Below, piece by piece: positions 25,029 through 37,404 of a DNA stretch of 64,000 bases; position 1 is the first letter of the stretch, and every line of letters begins with the position of its first letter. A program made the translations under genes and the position numbers. The stretch covers positions 33,852,001 to 33,916,000 of the forward strand of contig NC_043002.1 of NCBI RefSeq assembly GCF_006345805.1. The letters are read 5' to 3'. The stretch is from Octopus sinensis (Eukaryota). Below the pieces are notes generated by a model. It did not search any database and was not told the origin of the DNA. It saw only the letters and a program-made list of their open reading frames with translations.

Positions 25029-26033
25029 CTGAAAATAATAAAGTATCATAAAATGTAAACAAAAGGCAAAATACAACTATAATGTCAACAACATCAACAA
25101 GGCAGCCTTTATTCGATCACTCGATCAGATTGATATAACAGCCTAATTTTTCTTAAATCACTCACTATAATGTAAAAGAAAATTTGGATAATATAGTCAT
25201 AGATATGATAAGCACGAAAGAAAAGGATTGTGATGGCTATAACCGATATGGACAACAATGACATTATCAATAACTGTATCGATCGGAAATTCATAGCAAT
25301 CGACTAAACATATTGAATACGAGCAAAATGCCTCCCTCCCGCATAATGGGCGGTGCTGAGTTGTCAAACATTTAAACCAAATTTTCTCAAAACAACTTGT
25401 CCGACCGTCCCATAGGCATCTCCTTTGAGAAACACTGATTTAGCATAAATTTGAGACACCGTGCATTTTTCTCGCGTATGCGTAGTATCGATCGCAACAG
25501 CTGATGTACTTACGCGTACAAATGCACGTTCCCACGGCTTTATCGATTGCATTCTCACCTGGAATCGATTTTTGTAATTTTTTCAAGACTTATACACGCC
25601 CTGATACCGTCGGTACCTACATATCAAATTTGAGCGCAATCGGATGGAGGATGCCCGAGATCCTAGAAGACACACACACAGACAGAACGGATTTTATATA
25701 ATAGATATTGACTGTATGGTGTCTGTCTTTTCTATTTTTGTAAGAGGCCGTGCCTAATATACCTCAGATGTACTCTAAATCTCCAGTGTCTGTAGATATT
25801 CTTAGATGGTAAGAGGGTGCGGTTACTGTTTGTATGAAACGTTTTCGCGCAACTCTGCTCTTTGATGGAAATTCAGTCTTGGATCAATCAAGGGCCAACA
25901 CGGGCGCTTTGTATCTGGAATGTTGTCAGGCATTGCCTCTTATATACTCATGTTTTCCATGCCTGTGTGTTTATTTTCATAATCGATTCTCGTAAATTCA
26001 CATCCTTTTTGCAATGTTCCTTTCATTCGTCAC

Positions 26034-26078
26034 CTTCGAGGTAAATACATGAAATACTGGTTCCTCATACAGTTGCAT
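26034..26078 (-). CDS. Candidate first coding exon of HELT-like gene (MQLYEEPVFHVFTSK)
   Basis: gccATG at 26078, 15 codons, AAG|GTGACG phase-0 donor. It joins DQTSHK.. in frame and ends in K like vertebrate HELT exon 1; no recognisable homology otherwise. Confidence 0.3.
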
Positions 26079-26462
26079 GGCCCAAAAATTTTTCAAGAAA
26101 GGTTTAGCGATTATTTCGACTCCAAAACTTCACTGATATTTTATTTTGTCGACTTCGAAAGAATGAAAGCAAAGTCAACTTCGACAGGATTTAAGCTGGA
26201 AGAAACAGTCAGACATTTTTGCCCGGCGCTCTTATTAAGGTGGTGAGCTTGGAGGATAGTTAATACATCAGACAAAATGCGTCTTGGCATTTCATCTTAA
26301 CGTTCTGAGTTCAAATGCCGACATGATCGATTTTGCCTTCTATCCTTTCGGGGTCGATAAAATAAGTGCCAGTTTAAATATTGAGATCGATATAGTCGAC
26401 CGATCCACTTCCTCGAAAATGCTGACCTTGTACCATAATCTGAAATTATTATTATTATTAAG

Positions 26463-26545
<83 letters not shown>

Positions 26546-26547
26546 GT

Positions 26548-26765
26548 AAAGGCGGGGAGCTGGCAGAATCGTTAGCACGCCGGGAAAAAAAACTTAGCGG
26601 CATTTCGTCCGTGTTTACGTTCTGAGTTCAAATTCCGACAGGATCGATTTTGCCTTTCATTCTTTCGAGGTCGATAAATTAAGTATCCGTTAAAACATTG
26701 GGATCGATGTAATCGACTAGTCCCTTCCCCCACAATTTCGGGCCTTGTACCGGTAGTAGAAAGGA
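26548..26765 (+). mobile_element. SINE family 1 (monomer)
   Basis: GGCGGGGAGCTGGCAGAATCGTTAGC head, B box and core; (TTA)n on both sides. Confidence 0.85.
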
Positions 26766-26778
26766 TTATTATTATTAT

Positions 26779-27228
26779 CATTCAGTAGTATGATTTTTAA
26801 CACGTACTTTCACTGCACTACCGAGCGCAGCTCTGTGTGCCTTGGGTATGTGCTGTGGTGCTTCTACTTTCACTGTATTGAAAGTGTTTTACGTAAGATG
26901 TGTGCGGTGCCTAGTAGTGCTATTTTCAGTATGTTATATATACTTGTAAGTCCTGGTGTTTTTGTTATGTATTTTTCTGAATGTTTTTTCATCATACCTA
27001 ATGCGCCTACTATGATAAGAATTGTTTCTGATTTTAGGTTCCATATTCGAATTACCTCTATTTTAAGATCTTTGTATTTTGAAAGTTTCTCCATTTCTTT
27101 TAGAGAAACATTGTCATATGTTGATACTAGTACATCGGTTACAAAGCATTTTTTTCTTGGTGATCCATGACAACTATATCCGACCTATTTTCCTTAATTT
27201 CTCTATCTGTGTGTTGTATTGGCATATG
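26779..27228 (-). mobile_element. Dong/R4-clade LINE family A, 5'-truncated 3' end
   Basis: MEKLSKYKDLKIEV..IIVGALG..KIALLGTAHILRKTLSIQ plus 3' UTR ending ACTACTGAATG-(ATA)n; homologous to 59547-60335. Confidence 0.85.
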
Positions 27229-27527
27229 AAGTGCCAGTGAAATACTGGGGCTGATGTAATCTACTTAACCCCTCCTCGTATTTCCGGGCCTCGTGCTTAT
27301 AGTAGACAGGGTTATTATTAGTGTAGGGAGTAGCGAGCTCGCAAAGGTCGAATTTGTCTTTCATCCTTCTGGGGTAGATAAAATAAATACCAGTCAAGTA
27401 GTGGGGGAAATTCTACCAACTGACACCCTCCTTTCAAAACTGCTGGCCTTGTGCCAAAATTTGAAAGAATTAGTATTATTATTCAGAACGTTGTAAGTAT
27501 GTTCATCACCACTTTTCAACATCGGAG

Positions 27528-27661
27528 TGTGGGAAGCGGTTTCGCGTTGGAGCTCGTTAGACAAGACGTCACGTGACTGGCACATTGCGAACTGTTAAGG
27601 AGGGCGCAGGAGACATGCAGGTGTCTACATATGTTTCTTAAGACACTCACGTGTGCACGTG
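27528..27661. promoter_or_regulatory. Putative upstream regulatory cluster: Su(H)/RBPJ site plus three CACGTG boxes
   Basis: TGTGGGAA 27528-27535; GTCACGTGAC around 27570-27575; CACGTG at 27648 and 27656; CpG-rich unique patch 5' of the gene. Confidence 0.4.
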
Positions 27662-27760
27662 TGAGAGGGGCCTGTCTTCGTCACAGAAGAACTGTGCGAC
27701 TGTATGAGGAGCCGTGTGTACGCTGGTGGCATGACGTTTTCGTAGACGTGCCGCCTCTGC

Positions 27761-27814
<54 letters not shown>

Positions 27815-28261
27815 GTGGTGATGCTGTATTTCTCTCGTTGTTGTTGTTGTTGTTGTACACTTGAAAATTAAAGACGACTCAAGGTTGGTGAGGTGGAGTG
27901 AGTGGTAGTTGTGTTGGTGTGTGTTAGTGTGTGTGTGTGTGTCTGGGCACCAAGTACATCCTCGTATGCAAGTGGAACACGTGTCGCCTCTGTTGCAGTG
28001 TATACTACCACGGCATAACCTCCTCCTCCTCCTTCTCCAGTTCACTACTTCTACTACTCCCTATAGGACGCTTTATTGACTGACTACTCCGCTACCAAAT
28101 TCTATCCCCACCATCTTTCAGCAGCCACTTGCTAAACACGACCCACACAACCACGACGACCACCACTGCCCTTCGTTGAAGTTTGCTGCAGTTCGATGTA
28201 ACACTCATTAAATACACACGCTCCTTCTCTTTATTTCACCTCCCCACACGCCCTCAAGACT

Positions 28262-28293
<32 letters not shown>

Positions 28294-28734
28294 ACACACA
28301 TATGTACACATATACTATAGACATACACACATTTGAAATTAAACACAAAAAAACACAAAAAAAAAACACACAGGCATTCATACAAATTCACACATATACA
28401 CATGCACAAATACGCATAAATACACTTACTGACATAAATATCAATAATTATACACACGTTAGAAAAATTGCACACTAACATCTACACACGACCACACTAT
28501 AGAATACGCATAACATACATTTAGACATAAAGAAAATAACTTACTCAAATGTTTGCATAAACACCCGTATCCCTATAGACATAAACATACAAACGCGACT
28601 AAATTTCCCGCCTTTTCTCCGTTTTCTATCCCTTTTCTTTAGAAGTTGTCTGTTCACCTCCTTCTCTCTGTCTCTGCATATATCTGTTCCCACTTTTCTT
28701 TACCTACATCTATATCCCTTTCCATCTCCCACAT

Positions 28735-28769
<35 letters not shown>

Positions 28770-29310
28770 GCCTGTCTAACATTTTCTCTGCCTCCACATC
28801 ATTTTTATTTCACTAGCATTTCTTCATCTCATCTTCTTCCCTCCCATCATTTTCTACTCTTTGCCCACTTTCTCACCATCTTCTTCATTTAAAGACCTAA
28901 GCCTCCCCATCTACCTCCTCTACCATCATCTCCTCCCCCACCACGTAGCACGCGACTAACATAACACCCCCTCAGGACTAAGTTTATCTTGCGAACATCG
29001 CTTCAGGAAGGTGGTACGGAGCGAACTCCGACAGTCGCTGTTTACGTGACTTGGTGAGATAGTTTATAAAGTAGTGTGTGTATTCCATGCCCCACGGTGA
29101 TAAAGAGTACACTTGTATTAAATCCCTCTGACATTTTCTTACTAGATTTAAATGTAAACTTTGTGAAAGACATTTTTGGTGTATATATATGTGTATATTT
29201 ATGTCAGTATGTTGGTGCCCGTTTATGCATGCGTATATATATATATTATATAATATATATATATATATTATATATATATATATATATATTATATACATAT
29301 ATATATATAC

Positions 29311-29352
<42 letters not shown>

Positions 29353-29787
29353 ATATATATAATATATATTATATTATTTATATATATTATATTATATTAT
29401 ATTATATTATATTATATTATTTTATATTATATTAATATTATATTATATTACATTATAAAAATTATATTACACACACATATACGCGTACGCACATGAAAGT
29501 AGAAATATGTAATATTTGCGTTTGTGAAAAGAATAGACGATGATGATGATGGTGATGATGATGATGATGATGATGACGACGATGATGATGATGATGATGA
29601 TGACGATGATGATGTGGAAGAAAGATGTTACTTTGGTCGGTTTGCCAAGATATCTATGGACGTGTATAGCAATAATGATGGCTGTATTGTGTATGTGCGT
29701 ATGTACGGTCTTGTATGTATGTATGTATGCATGCATATGTTTATGTGTGTGTGTTGGTTTACACACGCACACACATACATACATACA

Positions 29788-29821
<34 letters not shown>

Positions 29822-29839
29822 CATACATACATACATACA

Positions 29840-29873
<34 letters not shown>

Positions 29874-30819
29874 CATACATACATACATATGTATATCTAT
29901 GTATATTCATCGAGGTGTGTGTGCGTGTGTGCGTGCGTGCGTGAGCTGTTCCTTTCTCGTCTTTATGTACATAATTACTCCCCAATTTGTTAGTTACTCA
30001 ATCTGAGTTATTGTAAAACCATCTCCAGAGGCTAGTTATTGTCTCGGCTGACTGCCGGATCGTGCCTCTAGCCAGTCATACAATAGACTTCTACAGGTGC
30101 TGACATTAACTCTCCACTGTCCACTTAAGAATGGCATATAATCTGCAAGCCTTGATTCCAAGCAGTCGCTACCATCAGCTGCCTATATTTTACTTACAAA
30201 CCTCCCACGATATACACAGCCCTCACAGTAGCCATGTTTCGCTTAAGTTGCAGCTTATTCCATATTAAAATCATTTATGTTGCTCCCGTAGGTCCGCTCT
30301 CCCCACCACCATTGCAAACCGTGTTCCAGTAACTCTTTATTTGACTTTATGGCCCCTATCTAACTTTTGAGGAAAACTACTTTATCTCCTGCTCCATTTT
30401 ATCCATATCCACCGATCCCCTAGCATCAGTTTCTTCGTTTGTTAAGTCCTTAACAAAACACCAATTATCACATTGTTACGTAAGTGGTTGTACGCTAACG
30501 CTGCTATTTAACACAAATGTTGGGAGAGGAAGTCAGGCAGATTGCATAAGGATGAAAATACTGTTCTTCTTAACAGGAGAGAAGGATGTAGGGGTAATTA
30601 ATGTACGCCACCTCATCGTATAAAACATGCAGATCTACATAATGTTACTACGACAATGTAATTTTAAACAATTCTCCTTGAGTACATTTTACTATAAGCG
30701 AACGGAGTCATTTTGATGGTTTCAGCCTTTTACGCTCTCAGTTCAAATTTTTTGCTATTTTCCTTTCATGCTTCCACCTTCGATAAACTGATGTATCAGC
30801 AATATATTTATATTTCTAA

Positions 30820-31210
30820 GGCGGCGAGCTGGCAGAAACGCTAGCACGCCGGGCGAAATGCGTAGCCGTATTTCGTCTGCCGTTACTTTCTGAGTTCAAA
30901 TTCCGCCGAGGTCGACTTTGCCTTTCATCCTTTCGGGGTCGATAAATTAAGTACGAGTTACGCACTGAGGTCGATATAATCGACTTAATCCGTTTGTCTG
31001 TCCTTGTTTGTCCCCTCTGTGTTGAGCCCCTTTGTGGGTAGTAAAGAAATAGGTATTTCGTCTGCCGCTACGTTCTGAGTTCAAATTCCGGCTAGATCGG
31101 CTTGGCCTGTCATCCTTTCGGGGTCGATAAATTAAGTACCAGCTGTGTATTGGGGTCGATGAAATCGACTGGCCCCCTTCCCCCAAATTTCGGGCCTTGT
31201 GACTAGAATA
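30820..31210 (+). mobile_element. SINE family 1, dimeric form
   Basis: Full head, core, linker, second B box + core, and CCCCAAATTTCGGGCCTTGTG tail. Confidence 0.85.
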
Positions 31211-31239
31211 GAGAAAAATATATTTGTATTTCTGCTATA

Positions 31240-31440
31240 GGCACAAGTCCTGGAATTTCAAGGGAAGGTCTTAGCCGATTACATCCACCCTAGTGTTGGA
31301 CTGGTATTACTTTTATCAACCCCGAAAGGATGAAAGGCAATATCAACCTCGGCAGAATTTGTACTCTGAATGTAAAACAGAAGAAATACTGCGAAGTATT
31401 TTGTGCGGCATGCTAACGAATCTGCCACCTCACTGCCTAA
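31240..31440 (-). mobile_element. SINE family 1 (diverged monomer)
   Basis: Reverse-complement head, B box and core; tail-to-tail with the previous copy. Confidence 0.7.
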
Positions 31441-31763
31441 GTACCAGTAATAAATTAATATATTAACATTGCGATCTGGGACGTGGTTAACTACATATAT
31501 TCCCAACATTTCTGGCCCCGTGGCTTTTATTAGAAATCATTATTATAAATTTTTTCCAGTCGTCGTTGTCGTCGTCGTCGTCCTCCTCCTCGTCCTCTTT
31601 GTCGTCGTCGTCCTCCTCCTCGTCCTCTTTGTCGTCGTCGTCGTCGTCCTCCTCGTCCTCCTCATCCTCCTCCTCCTCCCATTCTTCTTCTTCTTCTCTT
31701 CTTCTTCTTCTTCTTCTTCTTCTTCTTCTATTATTATTGTTGTTATTATTATTGTTGTTATTA

Positions 31764-31841
<78 letters not shown>

Positions 31842-31842
31842 T

Positions 31843-32043
31843 GAGAGACAGAGCAGTGCTTGCCATCAGAGTGACACTGAGGTACAAATATACGAAGCTC
31901 AATATACCCATCATGACTACCCGTTTGATAAGGGTACACAAGGCACATGCATCACAACCATTTGTGCGCGACATGGTGATCTCATATCAAGATAAGCAGC
32001 GCATGATCTTGCAAGTAGGGCCCAGTTAGAATTTTCTTCAGGT
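31843..32043. mobile_element. ~558-bp TAA-embedded element, partial copy
   Basis: GAGAGACAGAGCAGTGCTTGCCATCAGAGTGACAC... directly after (TTA)n; homologous to 34887 onward. Confidence 0.8.
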
Positions 32044-32479
32044 CTTTAGTATCTATTGGAAAACTGTAGAGGCATTTTAGCGGCACGCCACGGCTGCGTG
32101 GCTTTAACCAAATAAAAGAAAGGAGTATATATGCTTCGGAAATCTGCGCAGAGAGTTTCAACATTTTAATAGGTACCAGCTGGATTTGCAGAATGGACTA
32201 GTTTAGGCATGGAGAAACTTCATTGAGCCATTCAAATCATTTATTGATGTTTGTTAGGTCAGCGGATAGAGTTAGGTTAGGGTGGCCAGAATTTCAAGAG
32301 ATCGGCTTTACAGACTACAAATTTGTGATTTGCATTGTTGACCTTCTTGACAGAAAGACTCAGTAGTTGGAAGATGAAAGCATCCTTCCTGATAAATAAA
32401 TACAAAAAGTGTACCGCGACTGGGTTAGTGAATAAGATAAACTGGTTGTTGATGTTTGAAGAGAGCAATCACCAACAAT

Positions 32480-34729
32480 CAAGTGTGGGCAATTAGTCAT
32501 GAAACAGTATGATTTAACAAAAAAGAAAAAAAGAAAGAAAGATAGAAAGAAAGAATGTAGTGATAGAGAGAAATAGATTAGCGAGGAAACTTGTGAACAT
32601 ATCTGCAGAGACGGTTAGCAAAAGCATAACGACGGCGTACTGGCAGCGAGTATGCCCTGCGACCATTTCTTCAGCGAGAAGCATGGAGGTTGCGGGTTGT
32701 GTGCTAGAGCTACGGCGTGTGCGTTTAGGCACGAGAGAACGAAACCCCCTTCAGCAAACACATATGGCAGAAGGTCGGCATGACAGTATGGCTACAATTC
32801 AGTCTTCGAAGTACCAGACCGGGCATGTATTATTCGATTCCAAGAAGATATGTGTAGTTTCCAGGCAGTACATTGCTCCAGTGGAACTTTGTTTGAGGAA
32901 GCGAAGAACCAGAGACGGCAGCTGATTTTGTACTCCCTCGACGGCCTGCAACGACTCTCGACAGGGGGTGCGAGGTGCTGCGAAAATCCTATAAAAGCTG
33001 CTGAAAGCATATTGGCGGTAATGTTGTGCAAAGAAGAAAGTGTTGATGGGTCAGCTAGAGATAATTATGTTTATATACCAAGCATGTTGGCCGACGTCTA
33101 GCAAAACTAAGAACAGAGTGGGAAAATTCTCAATTCTGTCACAGGGTGGTGACGCTAGTGAAGAAAAACAAGGAAGATACTATTGGTAATTTCTAGGTAA
33201 TACTTCTATTGACATTAGAGTTTAAGATTTCGGCTAAATGATAGCAGTGAAGTTGGTGCTTTTCGTTGGCTGTGTACTTGGATAACTGTAGTGGATAACT
33301 GAGTAGATCAATTGATGTCAACCTTCTTCTCATGCGACGCATCATAGAGAGGATCGGTAATCTTAGAGAGGATCGGTCAATCATTGAAGCTCTCATTAGT
33401 TAGGGTCATTTGACAGACAACTTCCTACAATTCATCCTTTTTCTTTTTACGGAGCTGCAGACTTGGATCAAGTGAAGAGTGACGACGTTTTCGAAGACAC
33501 CCTGGACTTCGCAGAGAATCAACTGGCTTGTCTTTTCGGGAGGAATTTCGACCTAATAGTACAAACAACTTCCAGAAATCTTTTATTCGGCAATGCTATC
33601 TGTATAAGACAAACCCTGCAGTCAGAAAAGTACGAGATATCCGTACTCGTTCAGTAACCGTGTGTGGAGCTTTGTCGAGCAAATATAGCCTTGAGGATCC
33701 TGCTATCAAACGAATCCACCATGAAGATCGCCCAGTTCCTCTGTTTTTCTAGTTCTATTTGATGAGAATGATGATTGTAGAGAGGGTGGTATTCTCTTCG
33801 AAAGGTACCCCCATAGCAGTTAATTTCGCTAATGTCTTCATGATGAAATTCAAGACACAGTTACTGAAGACATTCAAATCCCTTCATGGTCATGAACCAA
33901 TGCTCTGGTTACGGTTCATTGATGACGCATTTTTTTATCTGAGAAGGATCACAGGATAGTTTAATCGACTTCTTGCATTTCTGTGACTGTTACGCTAAAA
34001 ACTATAGTTTTAAGTCCAACATAAAATTTACGTCCAATTTTTCAAAAACTAGCGTTGAGTTTTTGGACACAAAAGTCAAGTTTTCTGGAGGCAGAATAGT
34101 GACAGAGTTATTTTGCAAGCCCACGTCATCCCACATTTATCTCTACCACCGCTCCGATCATCCACATCATATTATTCGGTCAAATCCGAAATTCCAATTT
34201 TTTAGGATAAAACGGATTTGTACTGACAGGGGATTACTGGGAACAGGCAAATGCTTTTGTACATCATTATGTCAAACGCGGTTACAGTGAATCACGGTTA
34301 ACGGAAATAGCAAATGAAATAGCTAAGATTAGCAAAGATAGTCAAACCTTCACGCTTAATTTTAGCAAACACTATACAATAGATGACAGAATTCCTTTAG
34401 TGATTAACTGGCACCGAAATTTCGCTGGCATTTCAAAAGTGATGCATGAAAGTTACCAACATGTGGCGAAAAAATATCTTCGTTTCAAACAGATATTTCC
34501 TCATCCGCTTATTGTAGCCTTTAAACGGAATAAGAAGATAAGAGAATCATTGACTTCTATTTCTGACTCCAAGGATACGAGCATTGCAGTATCTACACAC
34601 TGTACCTTGAAAAACTGCTGCAAGAGAGGTAAGCCCTGTTCATTGTGCAACAACATGAGTCAAGTGAATTCCATCAGGAAACACAACAGAAATGTTATGA
34701 TTTATACAGGTGGGACATGTAGCGATTCC
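32480..34729 (+). mobile_element. Degenerate Penelope-like element (RT, thumb and linker)
   Basis: GTPIAVNFANVFM..PMLWLRFIDD (33759-33959), NIKFT..VEFLDTKV..IVTELFCKPT (33973-34290), PLIVAFKRNKKIRESL and CKRGKPCSLC. Ends in (TTA)n; the left boundary is uncertain. Confidence 0.8.
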
Positions 34730-34750
34730 TTATTATTATTATTATTATTA

Positions 34751-34864
<114 letters not shown>

Positions 34865-34886
34865 TATTATTATTATTATTATTATT

Positions 34887-35442
34887 GAGTGAGAGAGCAG
34901 TTCATGTCATCAAAGTGACACTGGGGTAAAATATACGAAGCCCAATATACCCATCATGACTACCCGTCTGATAAGGGCACACCAGGCACATGCATCACAA
35001 CCATATGTGCGCGACATGGTGATCTCATATCAAGATAAACAGCACATGACCTTGCAGGTGGGGCCCAGTTAGAATTTTCTTCAGGTTGAGTAGCCCATCC
35101 CGCTCAAACGGTCCCTGAATAAGGGTTGTTTAAGGATGTTGAATGAAACACCCATGTTTCCATAGGTGAATTATTCAAACCCCAAAGAATCCCTCTCAAC
35201 ACATGGCTATGATGCTCCCCCACTACTTCTGCTCATGATCAGAGATGCACATATTGTCAGCCACTAAGGGACATGCTCAACTGGTTAAGGTCAAACAACT
35301 GACAAGCAAAAACTGTGGTATTGAGCAGAATATTTGCTGTAGCCCATCTTTTATACCAAGACAAAACAATGTACATGATAACACTTCCAATCAGTTAAGA
35401 TCAGAAGCCATGAGAGCCATTGCCTGGTACTGCATCAGGGCA

Positions 35443-35444
<2 letters not shown>
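34887..35444. mobile_element. ~558-bp TAA-embedded non-coding element, full-length
   Basis: Fixed ends GAGTGAGAG...CAGGGCATT with (TTA)n on both sides; highly similar to the inverted copy at 60469-61027. Confidence 0.85.
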
Positions 35445-35479
<35 letters not shown>

Positions 35480-35481
<2 letters not shown>

Positions 35482-35697
35482 AGTGGTGAGCAGATAGAAT
35501 CGTTAGCACGCCGGGTGAAATGCTTAGTGGTATTTCGGCCGTCGCTACATTCTGAGTTCAAATTCTGCCGATGTCGACTTTGTCTTTTATCCTTTAGGGC
35601 TCGATAAATGAAGTACCTGTTGAGTACTGTGGTCGATATAATCAACACATCCCCTACCCACCAAATTGCTGCCCTTGTGGTAAAATTTGAGACCATT
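35480..35697 (+). mobile_element. SINE family 1 (monomer)
   Basis: Head, B box, core and GTGGTAAAATTTGAGACC-(ATT)n tail; (TTA)n on both sides. Confidence 0.8.
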
Positions 35698-35728
35698 ATT
35701 ATTATTATCATTATTATTAATATTATTA

Positions 35729-35759
<31 letters not shown>

Positions 35760-35761
35760 TA

Positions 35762-35837
<76 letters not shown>

Positions 35838-36118
35838 CATCATCACATATAGTTTGTTAGGTTTGTTAGATAGTTTGTTATTATTAGCACAGATAGTTTG
35901 CTGTTCAGAAGTAAGTAGTTAGACGAAAATTTTTAGGTTTGCTGGCGGTATTATGATTCTTGTTCTTGTGGTAATAGCTATTGTAGCTGCATGTGTGAAG
36001 AATTTATAGCTTTTTACAATGTCCTCTCTCGTCACCAACAGCTCACACCACCACCACCACCACCACCATGCTTATTCCGGTTTCAGACGGCCTAAAGCGG
36101 AAACGCATCGTAAAGGGC

Positions 36119-36583
36119 CACGTGACTACGGTCCGTGTTATGGCTATTGTGTAAAATTCACCATCAGATAAGGGTCGCATTCTCAGCTTTTGTCCATGCG
36201 GTCAAGGAATCTTTTCTCGTGAAGTCGTCTTATAAAACACACACATGTATGTATATGTATGCATGCATTTATGTATGTATACATGACACCCCATATATAT
36301 ATATATACATATATGTATATATATATATATTATATATATATATACACATACATACATATATTCTACATACAATACAATATATACATAAATATGTAAAGAT
36401 GAATGCATATAGTTATAGCAGTGATGTAGATGCTGGTAGGGAAACGTATAAGACAAATTAAGGACAAAAATCAACGCTGGCTAGATGTTAGTTAAACTAC
36501 ACCACACTTCAGTGGGCGAGCGACAGGCATGCCGCACGGCACGCGCCGCACCGAAGGTCAGAGAAGCCGCCACAATGACGTCA
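36119..36583. promoter_or_regulatory. CpG-rich patches with CACGTG, Hairy-type GGCACGCGCC and CRE TGACGTCA
   Basis: CACGTG 36119-36124; GGCACGCGCC 36538-36547; TGACGTCA 36576-36583. Confidence 0.3.
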
Positions 36584-37071
36584 CTTTGTACAAAACACTG
36601 ACAATTACAGTGAATCTAACATGGAGACGCAGCTTGTCTAAATGCCCGGATGACCACCTAAACGGTGTGATTGTATGGTGGTGGTGGTGGTGATGATGGG
36701 TGAAGGGTGTGATTGGCTTTGTGTGGGAGTAGAAGAGGTAACGGTGATAATGGGAGGCAAAGAGTGCGTGTGACAGAGGTCTAGTGGGAGGTAGACATGT
36801 GTGAAGTGGGAGGCCAACATCGTTTGGCATTATTGCTACATTTATTATCATGTTACAGAGTTGATGAACAGTGTTTAGGTTGTAATTGTGAATGTATGTA
36901 GCCACACACACACGCACACACGCACACACGCGCACACACCACACACACGCACACACGCACACACACCACACGCACACCGCACACACGCAACATACGCACG
37001 CACACTCATCTATTTATCTGTAAATATATATTAATAATATATATATATCTATATATATATATATATATAAT

Positions 37072-37144
<73 letters not shown>

Positions 37145-37205
37145 TATATACTATATTTGTTCCAGGTCCTCGCGTGTGTTTTTTTGTGTTTTTCTTTGTT
37201 TGGAT

Positions 37206-37261
<56 letters not shown>

Positions 37262-37404
37262 GTGTGTGTTGTGTGTGTGTGTGTGTGTATATTTCTGCAT
37301 AATTGAGGTGTGCATCTGTTTGTGTGTGTGGTGTTGTGTGTGTGTTTGCGTTTACAATGTCTCAAACCAGACTTGTTAATGTGAAACTTAATATTTCGTA
37401 ACAT

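Larger units (their letters stand above)
21555..25695. repeat. ~2.1 kb direct duplication (21555-23583 / 23684-25695) flanking an assembly gap
   Basis: Offset ~2116 bp; near identical, with differences concentrated at the copy ends; 100-N gap between the copies. Confidence 0.9.

Noticed and set aside
25823-25933. Minus-strand ORF MPDNIPDTKRP.. as HELT exon 1
   Set aside because: It ends in a stop at 25825-25823, and the available GT would be phase 2, incompatible with the phase-0 acceptor.
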